A stretch of DNA of 52,665 nucleotides from Pseudomonadota bacterium (lineage in GTDB: Bacteria; Pseudomonadota; Gammaproteobacteria; Burkholderiales; Burkholderiaceae_D). Both the position numbers and the translations under genes were made by a program. The notes beneath the pieces were generated by a model that saw nothing but the letters and a program-made list of their open reading frames with translations, was not told the origin of the DNA and ran no database searches. Positions 1 to 9,275 of the stretch are shown here, one piece after another; within the stretch, counting starts at the first letter, position 1, and each line of letters opens with the position of its first letter. The stretch is taken from positions 1 through 52,665 of the forward strand of contig JAEWEK010000069.1 of assembly GCA_023389425.1 (NCBI GenBank). The letters are read 5' to 3'.

Positions 1-1
1 G

Positions 2-3000
2 GCTGCTGCTGCCAAGGCTGTTTCGGACGCCATCGTCAACGAAGCTGCTGGCCAACTTGCCGTCGCTTCCGCCAAGGTTGCACTGGACGCTGCCCACGCC
101 ACCGCTGCTGCTGACGCTGCTGCCGCCACCGCCGCTGCTGCCGCTACCGCTACCGCCATCGCCGGCGCCACCTCGCTGGATCTGGCCAATGCCGCTATCG
201 TTGCCGCCAAGGCCGAGTCCGACGCTGCGACCAAGGCTGCCGCTTCGGCTGCTGCTGAAGTTGCTGCTGCGGCCGCCTACGTCGCTGCTGCCGCCAAGAC
301 CGCTACCACCACCGACGACGTTGCAGCTGCTGCAGCCAAGATCGCTGCTGACGCCGTCCTGGCTGCTGCCAACAACGCCGTGTCGAAAGCTGCTGCCGAC
401 ACCGCCGCTGCTGCCAAGCTGCCGGCTGGCTTCGTGCCGCAATCCTTCGACCTGACCACTGGCCTCGACATCAAGACCACCGGTGCTGGCAATGACGTGT
501 TCAACGCCGTGATCGGCGGTGCGAATCCGACCTTGACCATCCTCGACACCCTCGACGGTGGCGCCGGCGTCGACACCCTGAACATCATCGACATGAACCC
601 GGCTGGCGGTTCGACGATCCCTGTCAGCGTGACCCTGAAGAACATCGAAGTGGTCAATGTTCTGTCGGCTGGCACGGTTGGTACCGCTCTTGCCGCGTTC
701 GATACCTCGGTGTACTCGGACGTCACCAACGTCAACGTGACCCGTTCGATCGGCAATGACTACATCAAGGCTGGCGCTGGCCAGGCTGTGAGCGTTGTTG
801 ATGCCGGCGGCGATAACGTGACCGCATCGGTCACCATCAATGGCGGCCTGAGCCAGACCGTCACCACCGCTGGCGGCGTGGCCCTGGCTGGCGCAGTTGG
901 CGCGATCAAGGTCACCGACTCCGCACAGACCGTTGGCTCGACGATCGACGGCGGTACTTCGGTTGATGTCAATACCACCACCAGCACCGCTGGCATCGGT
1001 ATCCGTGTTGGCGGCACCGCGCCTGGTCAGAAAGCTCCGACCGGCGCCGTGAACGTGACCCAGAACCTGCAAGGCACTGGCGCCCTGAATGGCGGCTCTA
1101 TCAATGTGACCGGCGGCACGGTTGACACCATCAAGGTCAACGCTACCCAAGCCACCGCTAACACCACCACCACCATCGGCGCGATCAACGTCACCGGTAC
1201 GGCCAACACCACCAGCGTCTCGGTCACCCAGACTGGCGCTGTGTCCCCGGTCGCAGCCGTTACCGCCGTCACTGGCGTGAACATGGTTGACACCGTGACC
1301 TTCGTGGCACTGACCGCAGGCCAGACCGTCACCGTTGGCGGCCTGACCTTCACGGCAGGCGCGAACGGCGCGTCGGCAGCACAAGTTGCCGCAGCCTTCG
1401 CCAACCTGGCCGCTGGCGCAACCCAGGGTTCGTCGACCGCTGGCTTCTACTCCGGCGCATTCGGCAACTACAGCACCGGCGCAGTCAGCAACGCAGGCGT
1501 GACCGTCACCAGCGGCCAAGCCCTCACCAACGAAGCCGACGTCGCTGTCGCGACCACCGCCGGTACCGCTCCGACCGTGACCCCGGTCACCGCTGGCAAG
1601 ACCGCGGTTGCTGCAAAAGCTGGCGTTGGCGGCATCGTCGACGGCACCGTGACCATCGTCGACACCGCAGCCACCATCGCTTCGGTGACCCTGGACGGCT
1701 ACGGCGCAAGCAGCAAAGTGACCTCGGACGCGCTGACCAGCCTGTCGCTGGCCAACTCGAAGGGCATGACCCTGACCGTGGCGAACACCGTCGCGACCAA
1801 CCTGGCGCTGTCGCTGAACAACGTCGGCACTGGCTCGAAACTGGACCTGGACAACCTGGCGGCTTCGCAGAAGTACACCAAGCTGGACATCGCCACCTCG
1901 GGCACCAACTCGACCCTGAACGTGACCGGCGCAGCTGTCGCAGGCCTGACCGTCAGCGGCACGAAGAGCGTCGACCTGACCGGTTCGACCTTCACCGCAC
2001 TGCAGACCGTCAAGGTTTCCGGCTCGGCTGGCACCACCCTGAGCGTGGCCGGTTCGGCTAACCTGACCGACTTCGACGCTTCGGCAACCTCGGGCGCTGT
2101 TACGGTGACCGGCTTCGCTGCGGACAAGACCACCTACGAAGGTGGTTCGGGTGTGGACAAGCTGACCGTCGCCTCGGCAACCGTCGCAAAGGCGATCTCG
2201 CTGGGCGCTGGCAACGACACGCTGACCCTGGGCACCGCAACGATCGCTGCCGGTGGCTCGATCGATGGCGGTACCGGTACCGACACCCTGTCGATCGACG
2301 CTGCCAACGCTGCGGCTGCTTCGCTGACCAACGTGTTCGCAACCAAGGTCGTCGGCTTCGAGAACCTGGTGCTGACCAACGCTGGTGCGCAGACCGTCTA
2401 TGTTGACGTTCTGGGCGGCTACCACTCGGTGTCCACCGGTGGCGCAACCGGCGCGCTGGTGCTGGATGGCTTTGCATCGAACGACACCCTGACCCTGACC
2501 AGCAACGTTGGTGCCGGCAGCTACACCGTGTCGAGCAAAGCGTTCGCGACCCCGACCAACGACGTGTTCAACGTTGTGCTGTCGAGCTCGGGCAACCTGA
2601 CCGCCGGCCAGGTCACGATCAACAAGGTCGAGACCATCAACGTGACCGCAACCGACACCGACACGACGAATGGCGTCAACGGCGACAGCGTCACCGTGGT
2701 GGGCGATTCGGTGGGCACGATCAAGGTGAGCGGCAACGCCAACCTGACCCTGTTCAGCGCTAACAACACCGTTACCGTCGTCGATGGTTCGGCGATGACC
2801 GGCAGCCTGACCTACGCTGCAGCAGGTACCTCGGTGCAGACCATCACCGGTGGCGCTGGCGACGACGTCCTGACGGCACACGTTGGCACCCTGGCTGACA
2901 CCCTGATCGGTGGTGCAGGCAATGACACGCTGTACGCTAACGCAGGCATGACCACGCTGACCGGCGGTGCTGGCAACGACACCTTCGTGTTCAACTACGC

Positions 3001-3379
3001 GACTGCCAACGTCAACACCTACTCGACCATCACCGACTTCTCGAAAGGCGACAAGATCGTGTTCGCTGACGTCGGCAACGGCATGGAGACCTTCAGCTCG
3101 GCTCAGGTCGTTCTGGGTGGCACCGCAGTGTTCCAGGACTACGCGAACGCAGCTGTGAACGCCGGCGGTACCGCAGGTGCCAATGGCTACATCACCTGGT
3201 TCCAGTTCCAGGGCAACACCTACATCGTGGAAAGCCGTCACGATGCGGTCGCCACGAAGGACTTCCAGAACGGCACCGACATCGTCGTCAAGCTGGTTGG
3301 TCTGGTCGATCTGAGCGGCGCTTCGCTGAGCATCGGCGATGCGACCCCGGCACACGTTGGCAACGCCATCTCGCTGTAA
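2..3379 (+). CDS. Large S-layer / RTX beta-roll surface protein (RsaA/SapA/SlaA-like), 5'-truncated by the window edge
   Basis: Frame 2 is open from base 2 (AAAAKAVSDAIVNE...) into the 380..3379 ORF. A/T/G/V-rich with several GGxGxDxL nonapeptides (GGAGVDTLN, GGTGTDTLS, GGAGDDVLT, GGAGNDTLY, GGAGNDTFV). T1SS-type C-terminus (FQGNTYIV...DIVVKLVGLVDLS). Codon usage rich in GCT/GGT/GTT, as in highly expressed genes. Adjacent to a T1SS operon. Confidence 0.85.
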   Translation, partial: AAAAKAVSDAIVNEAAGQLAVASAKVALDAAHATAAADAAAATAAAAATATAIAGATSLDLANAAIVAAKAESDAATKAAASAAAEVAAAAAYVAAAAKTATTTDDVAAAAAKIAADAVLAAANNAVSKAAADTAAAAKLPAGFVPQSFDLTTGLDIKTTGAGNDVFNAVIGGANPTLTILDTLDGGAGVDTLNIIDMNPAGGSTIPVSVTLKNIEVVNVLSAGTVGTALAAFDTSVYSDVTNVNVTRSIGNDYIKAGAGQAVSVVDAGGDNVTASVTINGGLSQTVTTAGGVALAGAVGAIKVTDSAQTVGSTIDGGTSVDVNTTTSTAGIGIRVGGTAPGQKAPTGAVNVTQNLQGTGALNGGSINVTGGTVDTIKVNATQATANTTTTIGAINVTGTANTTSVSVTQTGAVSPVAAVTAVTGVNMVDTVTFVALTAGQTVTVGGLTFTAGANGASAAQVAAAFANLAAGATQGSSTAGFYSGAFGNYSTGAVSNAGVTVTSGQALTNEADVAVATTAGTAPTVTPVTAGKTAVAAKAGVGGIVDGTVTIVDTAATIASVTLDGYGASSKVTSDALTSLSLANSKGMTLTVANTVATNLALSLNNVGTGSKLDLDNLAASQKYTKLDIATSGTNSTLNVTGAAVAGLTVSGTKSVDLTGSTFTALQTVKVSGSAGTTLSVAGSANLTDFDASATSGAVTVTGFAADKTTYEGGSGVDKLTVASATVAKAISLGAGNDTLTLGTATIAAGGSIDGGTGTDTLSIDAANAAAASLTNVFATKVVGFENLVLTNAGAQTVYVDVLGGYHSVSTGGATGALVLDGFASNDTLTLTSNVGAGSYTVSSKAFATPTNDVFNVVLSSSGNLTAGQVTINKVETINVTATDTDTTNGVNGDSVTVVGDSVGTIKVSGNANLTLFSANNTVTVVDGSAMTGSLTYAAAGTSVQTITGGAGDDVLTAHVGTLADTLIGGAGNDTLYANAGMTTLTGGAGNDTFVFNYATANVNTYSTITDFSKGDKIVFADVGNGMETFSSAQVVLGGTAVFQDYANAAVNAGGTAGANGYITWFQFQGNTYIVESRHDAVATKDFQNGTDIVVKLVGLVDLSGASLSIGDATPAHVGNAISL

Positions 3380-3416
3380 TTGACTGATTAAGTAACAGAA
3401 CACCGTTACTTGACCT

Positions 3417-3448
3417 AAAAGGGTCGGGCGCAAGCCCGGCCCTTTTTT
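3417..3448 (+). terminator. Rho-independent terminator of the S-layer gene (possibly bidirectional)
   Basis: AAAA-GGGTCGGGC-GCAA-GCCCGGCCC-TTTTTT: 9-bp stem, GNRA loop, U-tract. Confidence 0.9.
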
Positions 3449-3667
3449 CCTTTTATGCATGCCTGCGCCCGCCTTCGCTGCGCGCACACAACACTCAGCG
3501 CACGTGCGCCTGCACGCATGAGTTCGCTTCATGTATGCTGCGCGATGCCGCTCGCATTCCGCAGCCGTGGCGCCCGATGGCCCCTCCGGCACGCGATCCC
3601 ATTCCCCTCAAGAAATTAAAGTTAACGAAGCGCTTTGCTCTCCACGTTCCGTATGCTAAGCTTTCAA

Positions 3668-3689
3668 AAATGTGATGTAGATCACATTA
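3668..3689. promoter_or_regulatory. CRP/Clp/Vfr-type binding site upstream of the T1SS operon
   Basis: AAATGTGATGTAGATCACATTA matches the CRP consensus AAATGTGATCTAGATCACATTT at 20/22 positions, with perfect TGTGA-N6-TCACA; about 100 bp upstream of the ATG at 3791. Confidence 0.7.
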
Positions 3690-3790
3690 TCAAGGGCAAG
3701 TACGTGGGAGGATGCGCCCGCCGTTGCCCCCATTCCTGGAACCGCCGGTCCTGGGTGCGCGATTCACCTGTAGCGTTATAGCCACAATCA

Positions 3791-5602
3791 ATGAAAAATA
3801 ACCTCAATTCCGCCAAAGGCGAACTGCAACAGGCGCTCGCCTCGTTCAAGAGCACGTTCGTCACCGTGGGCGTATTCAGCGCGATCATCAACCTGCTGAT
3901 GCTGACCCCGTCCTTGTACATGTTGCAGGTCTACGACCGCGTGCTGGCCAGCCAGAACATGGTCACGCTGGGCATGCTGACCCTGATGATGCTGGGCGCC
4001 TACCTGTTCACCGGCGCCCTCGAGCTGGTGCGCAGCTTCGTGCTGGTGCGCGTGGGCGCGCGCTTCGACATGGAACTCAACAAGCGCGTCTACACCGCCG
4101 CCTTCGAGCAGAACCTGAAGAAGGCGGGCGGCAACGCCGGCCAGGCGCTGAGCGACCTGATGAGCGTACGCCAGTTCCTGACCGGTAACGGTGTGTTCGC
4201 GTTCTTCGATGCGCCGTGGTTCCCGGTCTACCTGCTCGTCATTTTCTTCTTCGAGCCCTCGCTGGGCCTGTTCGCGCTGTGCGGCACCGCCGTGCTGGTG
4301 GTGCTCGCCTACGTCAACGAACGCGTCTCGAAAAAGCCGCTGTCGGAAGCGAACGCCATGTCGATCGCCGCCGGCCAGCTGGCCACCAACAACCTTCGCA
4401 ACGCCGAAGTGATCGAGTCGATGGGCATGCTGCCCAACCTGATGGGGCGCTGGTTCAAGCTGCACAGCCGCTTCCTGAACCTGCAGGCCGAGGCCAGCGA
4501 AAAGGCCGGCCTGGTGGGCGCGCTGACCAAGTTCGTGCAGGTGTCGCTGCAGTCGCTGGTGCTGGGCTTTGGCGCGATGCTGGTTATCGAAGGCAAGATG
4601 ACCTCGGGCATGATGATCGCCGCCTCGATCCTGGTCGGCCGCGCGATGGCGCCGGTGCAGCAGGTGATCGCGATCTGGAAGAGCTTTTCGGGCACCCGCA
4701 GCGCCTACGAACGCCTGGCCGCGCTGCTGGCGAACAATCCCGCGCGCGAAGCCGGCATGAGCCTGCCCAAGCCGCAGGGCGGCATTACCGTGGAAGCGGT
4801 CACCGCCGGTCCGCCGGGCTCCCAGGTGGCCGTGCTGCGTGGCTTGAATTTCGGCATCAATCCGGGCGACGCCGTCGGCGTGATCGGCCCGAGCGGTTCC
4901 GGCAAGTCGACCCTGGCCCGCCTGCTGGTGGGCGTGTGGCCGTCGCAGATGGGCAAGGTGCGCCTCGACGGCGCCGATATCTATCAGTGGAACAAGGCCG
5001 AGCTGGGCCCGCAGATCGGCTACCTGCCGCAGGACATCGAACTGTTTGGCGGCACCGTCAGCGAAAACATCGCCCGCTTCGGCGAGATCGACTCGGAGCA
5101 GGTGGTGCTGGCGGCCAAGCGCGCCGGCGTGCACGACATGATCCTGCACCTGCCCAAGGGCTACGACACGCCGCTGGCCGATGGCGGCGCCGGCCTGTCC
5201 GGCGGCCAGAAGCAACGCCTGGGGCTGGCGCGTGCCATGTACGGCGACCCGGCCGTGCTGGTGCTGGACGAACCGAACTCCAATCTGGACGAGGCCGGCG
5301 AAGCGGCGCTGGTGCGCGCCGTGGCCGACCTGCGCCAGCGCGGCAAGACCGTGGTCCTGATTACCCACCGTACCAATGTGATCGGCATTACCAACAAGCT
5401 GCTGCTGTTGCGCGACGGCGCGATCGAGATGTACGGCCCGACCGACCAGGTGATGGCGGCCTTGCAGGAAAACGCGCGCAAGCAACAGCTGGCCGCACAG
5501 CAGGCCCAGGCTCAGCGCCAGGCCGCGCCCGGCCAGCCGCCGGCCGCGCCGGCGCCAGGCGCAACCGCAGCGCCTGCTAATAGCGCCTCGGAAACCATGT
5601 GA
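3791..5602 (+). CDS. Type I secretion system ABC permease/ATPase (PrtD/AprD/RsaD family)
   Basis: N-terminal YMLQVYDRVL motif, TM domain, Walker A GPSGSGKST, LSGGQKQR, LDEPNSNLD. Confidence 0.95.
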   Translation: MKNNLNSAKGELQQALASFKSTFVTVGVFSAIINLLMLTPSLYMLQVYDRVLASQNMVTLGMLTLMMLGAYLFTGALELVRSFVLVRVGARFDMELNKRVYTAAFEQNLKKAGGNAGQALSDLMSVRQFLTGNGVFAFFDAPWFPVYLLVIFFFEPSLGLFALCGTAVLVVLAYVNERVSKKPLSEANAMSIAAGQLATNNLRNAEVIESMGMLPNLMGRWFKLHSRFLNLQAEASEKAGLVGALTKFVQVSLQSLVLGFGAMLVIEGKMTSGMMIAASILVGRAMAPVQQVIAIWKSFSGTRSAYERLAALLANNPAREAGMSLPKPQGGITVEAVTAGPPGSQVAVLRGLNFGINPGDAVGVIGPSGSGKSTLARLLVGVWPSQMGKVRLDGADIYQWNKAELGPQIGYLPQDIELFGGTVSENIARFGEIDSEQVVLAAKRAGVHDMILHLPKGYDTPLADGGAGLSGGQKQRLGLARAMYGDPAVLVLDEPNSNLDEAGEAALVRAVADLRQRGKTVVLITHRTNVIGITNKLLLLRDGAIEMYGPTDQVMAALQENARKQQLAAQQAQAQRQAAPGQPPAAPAPGATAAPANSASETM

Positions 5603-5619
5603 ATAGGATCTGACCTGTA

Positions 5620-6975
5620 ATGAAACTGATTAAACAAGAGGCCCCCACCGACGTCATTGCGCACGACGTCGCCCCGCTGACGGTCAACACCGACGCCCGT
5701 TCGCACGCCAAGCTGGGCTGGATCATCGTGCTGGTCGGCTTCTGCGGCTTCCTGCTGTGGGCCGTGCTGGCCCCGCTGGACAAGGGCGTGCCGATGATGG
5801 GCACGGTGGCCAAGGAAAGCAACCGCAAGGCGGTGCAACACCTGACCGGCGGCACCATCGACGAGATCCTGGTACGCGAAGGTGACCATGTGAAAGCCGG
5901 CCAGCCGCTGGTGCGCATGAACGCGGTGCAGGCCAAGGCCCAGCAGGAGATCAGCCTGGTGCAATACTTCGCCGGCCGCTCCGCCGAGGCGCGCCTGCTG
6001 GCCGAGCGCGACGGCAAGAGCAGCGTGCCGTTCCCCGAGGCGCTGGTGCCGTACAAGTCCGACGCCCGCGCGATGGAAGCGGTGCGCCTGCAGGAACAGC
6101 TGTTCAATTCGCGCCAGTCGGCCCTGCGCAACGAACTCGGTGCGGCCGACCAGAGCATCGAAGGCCTGAAGCTGACGATCGCCGGCCTGGAGGCTTCGCG
6201 CGACAGCAAGAAGGAGCAGATGGCCTACCTGAAGGAGCAGATCGACAACCTGAAGCCCCTGGTCAAGGACGGCTACGTGGCGCGCAACCGCCTGCTCGAG
6301 ATCGAGCGCACCTATGCCCAGACCAGCGGCGCCCTGGCCGAGGACGTCGGCAACCTGGGCCGCACCCGGGCCCAGATCACCGAAGTGACGATGAAGAAGG
6401 CGCAGCGCCTGCAGGAGTTCCAGCGCGACGCGCGCACCCAGCTGGCGGACGTCCAGAAAGAAGTCAACGCGCTGCAAGGCCGCATGACGGCCGAGGACTA
6501 CCTGGTCAAGAACGTCGAAGTCAAGGCGCCGGTGGACGGCACCGTGATGGGCTTGGCCGTGTACACGGCGGGCGGCGTGGTGCAGCCGGGCTTTCGCATG
6601 ATGGATATCGTGCCCTCGGATGACCCGCTGGTGGTGGAAGGCCAGCTGCCGATCAACCTGGTCGACAAGGTGCACGTCGGCCTGCCGGTCGAATTCATCT
6701 TCACCGCCTTCAATGCCAACCGCACGCCGCACATTCCGGGCGAGGTGATGACGGTGTCGGCCGACCGCCTGGTCGACGAGAAAACCGGCGCGCCTTACTA
6801 CAAGGTGATGGCGCGGGTGACGCCGAAAGGCCAGAAGATCATCGCCCAACAGCAAATGCAGGTCCGTCCCGGCATGCCGGTCGAGCTGTTCGTGAAGACC
6901 GGCGAGCGCACCATGATGAACTACCTGCTCAAGCCGGTGTTCGACCGCTCCAAGACCGCGCTTTCGGAGGAATAA
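5620..6975 (+). CDS. HlyD-family T1SS periplasmic adaptor (PrtE/RsaE)
   Basis: Single N-terminal TM, VQHLTGGTIDEILVREGD, coiled coil, APVDGTV, PGMPVELFVKTGERT. Confidence 0.95.
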   Translation: MKLIKQEAPTDVIAHDVAPLTVNTDARSHAKLGWIIVLVGFCGFLLWAVLAPLDKGVPMMGTVAKESNRKAVQHLTGGTIDEILVREGDHVKAGQPLVRMNAVQAKAQQEISLVQYFAGRSAEARLLAERDGKSSVPFPEALVPYKSDARAMEAVRLQEQLFNSRQSALRNELGAADQSIEGLKLTIAGLEASRDSKKEQMAYLKEQIDNLKPLVKDGYVARNRLLEIERTYAQTSGALAEDVGNLGRTRAQITEVTMKKAQRLQEFQRDARTQLADVQKEVNALQGRMTAEDYLVKNVEVKAPVDGTVMGLAVYTAGGVVQPGFRMMDIVPSDDPLVVEGQLPINLVDKVHVGLPVEFIFTAFNANRTPHIPGEVMTVSADRLVDEKTGAPYYKVMARVTPKGQKIIAQQQMQVRPGMPVELFVKTGERTMMNYLLKPVFDRSKTALSEE

Positions 6976-8310
6976 GTGGCAATCCGCATCCCACGACCGA
7001 ACCGTTTGGCGCCGCTGGCTGCCGCCGCGCTGCTGTGCTGCAGCGCCAGCGCCAGCGCGCTCGGGCTGCTCGACGCCTACCGCGCCGCGGTGCAGAACGA
7101 CCCGACCTTCCAGTCCGCCGTCTTCGCCAACCAGGGCGGCCAGGAAAACCGCATCCTCGGCCGCGCCAACCTGCTGCCGACCGTGTCGGCATCCTATTCG
7201 GCGAGCCGCAACAACACCGACATCACCACGGGCTATGCGACCCAGCATCCCAAGTACCTGAGCCGCTCGAGCAACATCGGCCTGCGCCAGGCCCTGTTCA
7301 GCCTCGACGCGATCGCGCGCTACAAGCAGGGCAATGCCCAGGCCGATGCCAGCCAGGCGCAGCTCGACGCCGCGCGCCAGGAGCTGATCGTGCGCCTGGT
7401 GGGTGCCTATATCGAGGCGCTGTTCGCCGACGACCAGCTGGCGCTGTCGATGGCGCAGCGCAACACGCTGGCCGAGCAGGTGCAGGTCAACAACCGCCTG
7501 TACAAGGCCGGCGAGGGCACCCGTACCGACGAGCTCGAAACGCAGGCGCGGCTCGACCTGGCCGAAGCCAAGGTGCTCGAGTCGCAGGACAACCGCAAGG
7601 CGGCGATGACCACGCTGTCCGGCATCGTCGGGCAGGAAGTGACCTCGCTCGACACCCTGACGCCGAACTTCGCGGTGCGTCCGGCCGACACCGCCAGCTT
7701 CGAGCAGTGGAAGCAGATGGCGCTGTCGACCAACCCCGAGATCAAGGCGCAGGCCTTCGGCGTCGAGGTGGCGCACCAGGAAGTCAACAAGCAGCGCGCC
7801 GGCCACACGCCGCGCCTGGACTTCACCGCCAACTATTCGCGCGGCTCGTCCGACACGCTCAACACCATCAACCAGGATTCGACGGTGCGCAGCATCGGCG
7901 TGCAGCTGACGGTGCCGCTGTATGCCGGCGGCGCGGTGAACGCGGCGACGCGCCAGGCCAAGGCTGGCGAGCTGCGCGCTAAGGCCGAGCTGGAAGCGAC
8001 GCAGAACAAGATCCTGGTCGACCTGCGCAAGGAATACGACAGCACCAGGAGCAGCGTGACCCGCATCGCGGCGCTGGACAAGGCGATCGAGTCGGCCAAG
8101 CTGCTGATGAAGGCGACCGAGCAAAGCATCAAGGGCGGGGTGCGCATCAACCTCGACTTCCTGACCGCGCAGGAGCAGTTGTATACGGCGCTGCGCGACC
8201 AGGCGCAGGCGCGCTACACCTACCTGGTAGGTTCGCTGCGACTGCACGCCGCAGCAGGTACTCTGTCGGAAAACGACGTCGAAGAAATGGCGCGCTATTT
8301 CCGGCATTGA
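6976..8310 (+). CDS. TolC-family T1SS outer membrane protein (PrtF/RsaF)
   Basis: GTG start directly after the adaptor stop; signal peptide; LLDAYRAAVQNDP and VQLTVPLYAGG TolC motifs. Confidence 0.92.
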   Translation: MAIRIPRPNRLAPLAAAALLCCSASASALGLLDAYRAAVQNDPTFQSAVFANQGGQENRILGRANLLPTVSASYSASRNNTDITTGYATQHPKYLSRSSNIGLRQALFSLDAIARYKQGNAQADASQAQLDAARQELIVRLVGAYIEALFADDQLALSMAQRNTLAEQVQVNNRLYKAGEGTRTDELETQARLDLAEAKVLESQDNRKAAMTTLSGIVGQEVTSLDTLTPNFAVRPADTASFEQWKQMALSTNPEIKAQAFGVEVAHQEVNKQRAGHTPRLDFTANYSRGSSDTLNTINQDSTVRSIGVQLTVPLYAGGAVNAATRQAKAGELRAKAELEATQNKILVDLRKEYDSTRSSVTRIAALDKAIESAKLLMKATEQSIKGGVRINLDFLTAQEQLYTALRDQAQARYTYLVGSLRLHAAAGTLSENDVEEMARYFRH

Positions 8311-8318
8311 CTTGAAAC

Positions 8319-8420
8319 CGTCGTCCCGGCGCAGGCAGGAACCCGAACGCCTGAATTGCCGCACGCTGACGCCGCAGGCCCGCGCACTCAGCAGGGGGCC
8401 CGGCCTACGCCGGGACGACG
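8319..8420. repeat. CGTC-type REP doublet (REPIN-like)
   Basis: CGTCGTCCCGGCGCAGGCAGGAACC ... GGCCCGGCCTACGCCGGGACGACG inverted pair right after the TolC stop. Confidence 0.85.
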
Positions 8421-8644
8421 TGCCAGTTTTAGTGCTTGGGCCCGTCCAGGATGCGTTTTTTTGTTAACGAAGACCATCGTTCCTGCCCGGTTCCAGCGCA
8501 ATGTTAGGCTGCGCACGGACGCAATCGATTTCAAAGCAAGCCCGTATCTACGGGAGCTCTGCAATATGCGAGCTCTGCAAACCGAGCGCCCTGTCCGGTT
8601 CAATTACGCTAGCATGAGTTCACATTCTTTATTGGAGGTGGACC

Positions 8645-9265
8645 ATGGCTTCAGCGGACAGCATTAATGCAGTAGAAAAACTGTACGTCGCGTATTTCAG
8701 CCGACCTGCGGATTATGCGGGCTTGCAATATTGGGCCAATGTGTACGAACAAAACCCGGCCGCATTGCAGCAGATGTCGCACGATTTCTCGACATCGGCC
8801 GAATACCATCGCATGTACGGGCTGAGCAGCAACCGCGACGTCGTCAATGCGGTCTATCAAAACCTGTTCGGACGTGCAGCCGAGACCGCCGGCCTGGACT
8901 ACTGGGCGCCATTGCTCGACAAGGGGGCCATCACGATCGACAACGTGGTGACGGCGATCGCTGCCGGCGCGCAGAACACGGTACAGCAGGACCTGTTCGT
9001 CTATAACGCCAAGGTCGCGGTGGCGACCGCCTTCGATGCCCGTCTCGACCTCCCGGTCGAGCAGACCTCCTACACCGGCGATGCCGCCAGCAAAATTGCC
9101 TTCGATTACCTTGCCCAAGTCAAGGACCTGGGCTCGGCGGCATCGCATATGGATCCGGGCGCGATCGACGCGGTGATCGCGCAGATTGTCGCCAGCCATA
9201 CCGGCGGCCTGGGCGGGACCGTGATGCCGGTCGGCGTGGCCGACTTGCCGCCGCCGATGGTCTGA
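8645..9265 (+). CDS. Stand-alone DUF4214-domain protein (S-layer N-terminal-like)
   Basis: GGAGG RBS; two LYVAYFSRPADYAGLQYW / VYQNLFGRAAETAGLDYW repeats typical of DUF4214. Confidence 0.85.
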   Translation: MASADSINAVEKLYVAYFSRPADYAGLQYWANVYEQNPAALQQMSHDFSTSAEYHRMYGLSSNRDVVNAVYQNLFGRAAETAGLDYWAPLLDKGAITIDNVVTAIAAGAQNTVQQDLFVYNAKVAVATAFDARLDLPVEQTSYTGDAASKIAFDYLAQVKDLGSAASHMDPGAIDAVIAQIVASHTGGLGGTVMPVGVADLPPPMV

Positions 9266-9275
9266 GCAGTGCGCG

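Noticed and set aside
3455..3560. Purine-pyrimidine alternating, palindromic stretch (GCGCACGTGCGC) after the S-layer terminator, as an sRNA or Z-DNA element
   Set aside because: No promoter/terminator pair or recognisable family; compatible with chance in GC-rich DNA
5512..8364. Very long antisense or alternative-frame ORFs (e.g. 950 aa here, 877 aa opposite the FDH alpha gene, 738 aa, 695 aa, 642 aa)
   Set aside because: They are shadows of real genes caused by high GC3 and stop-codon scarcity; no recognisable motifs
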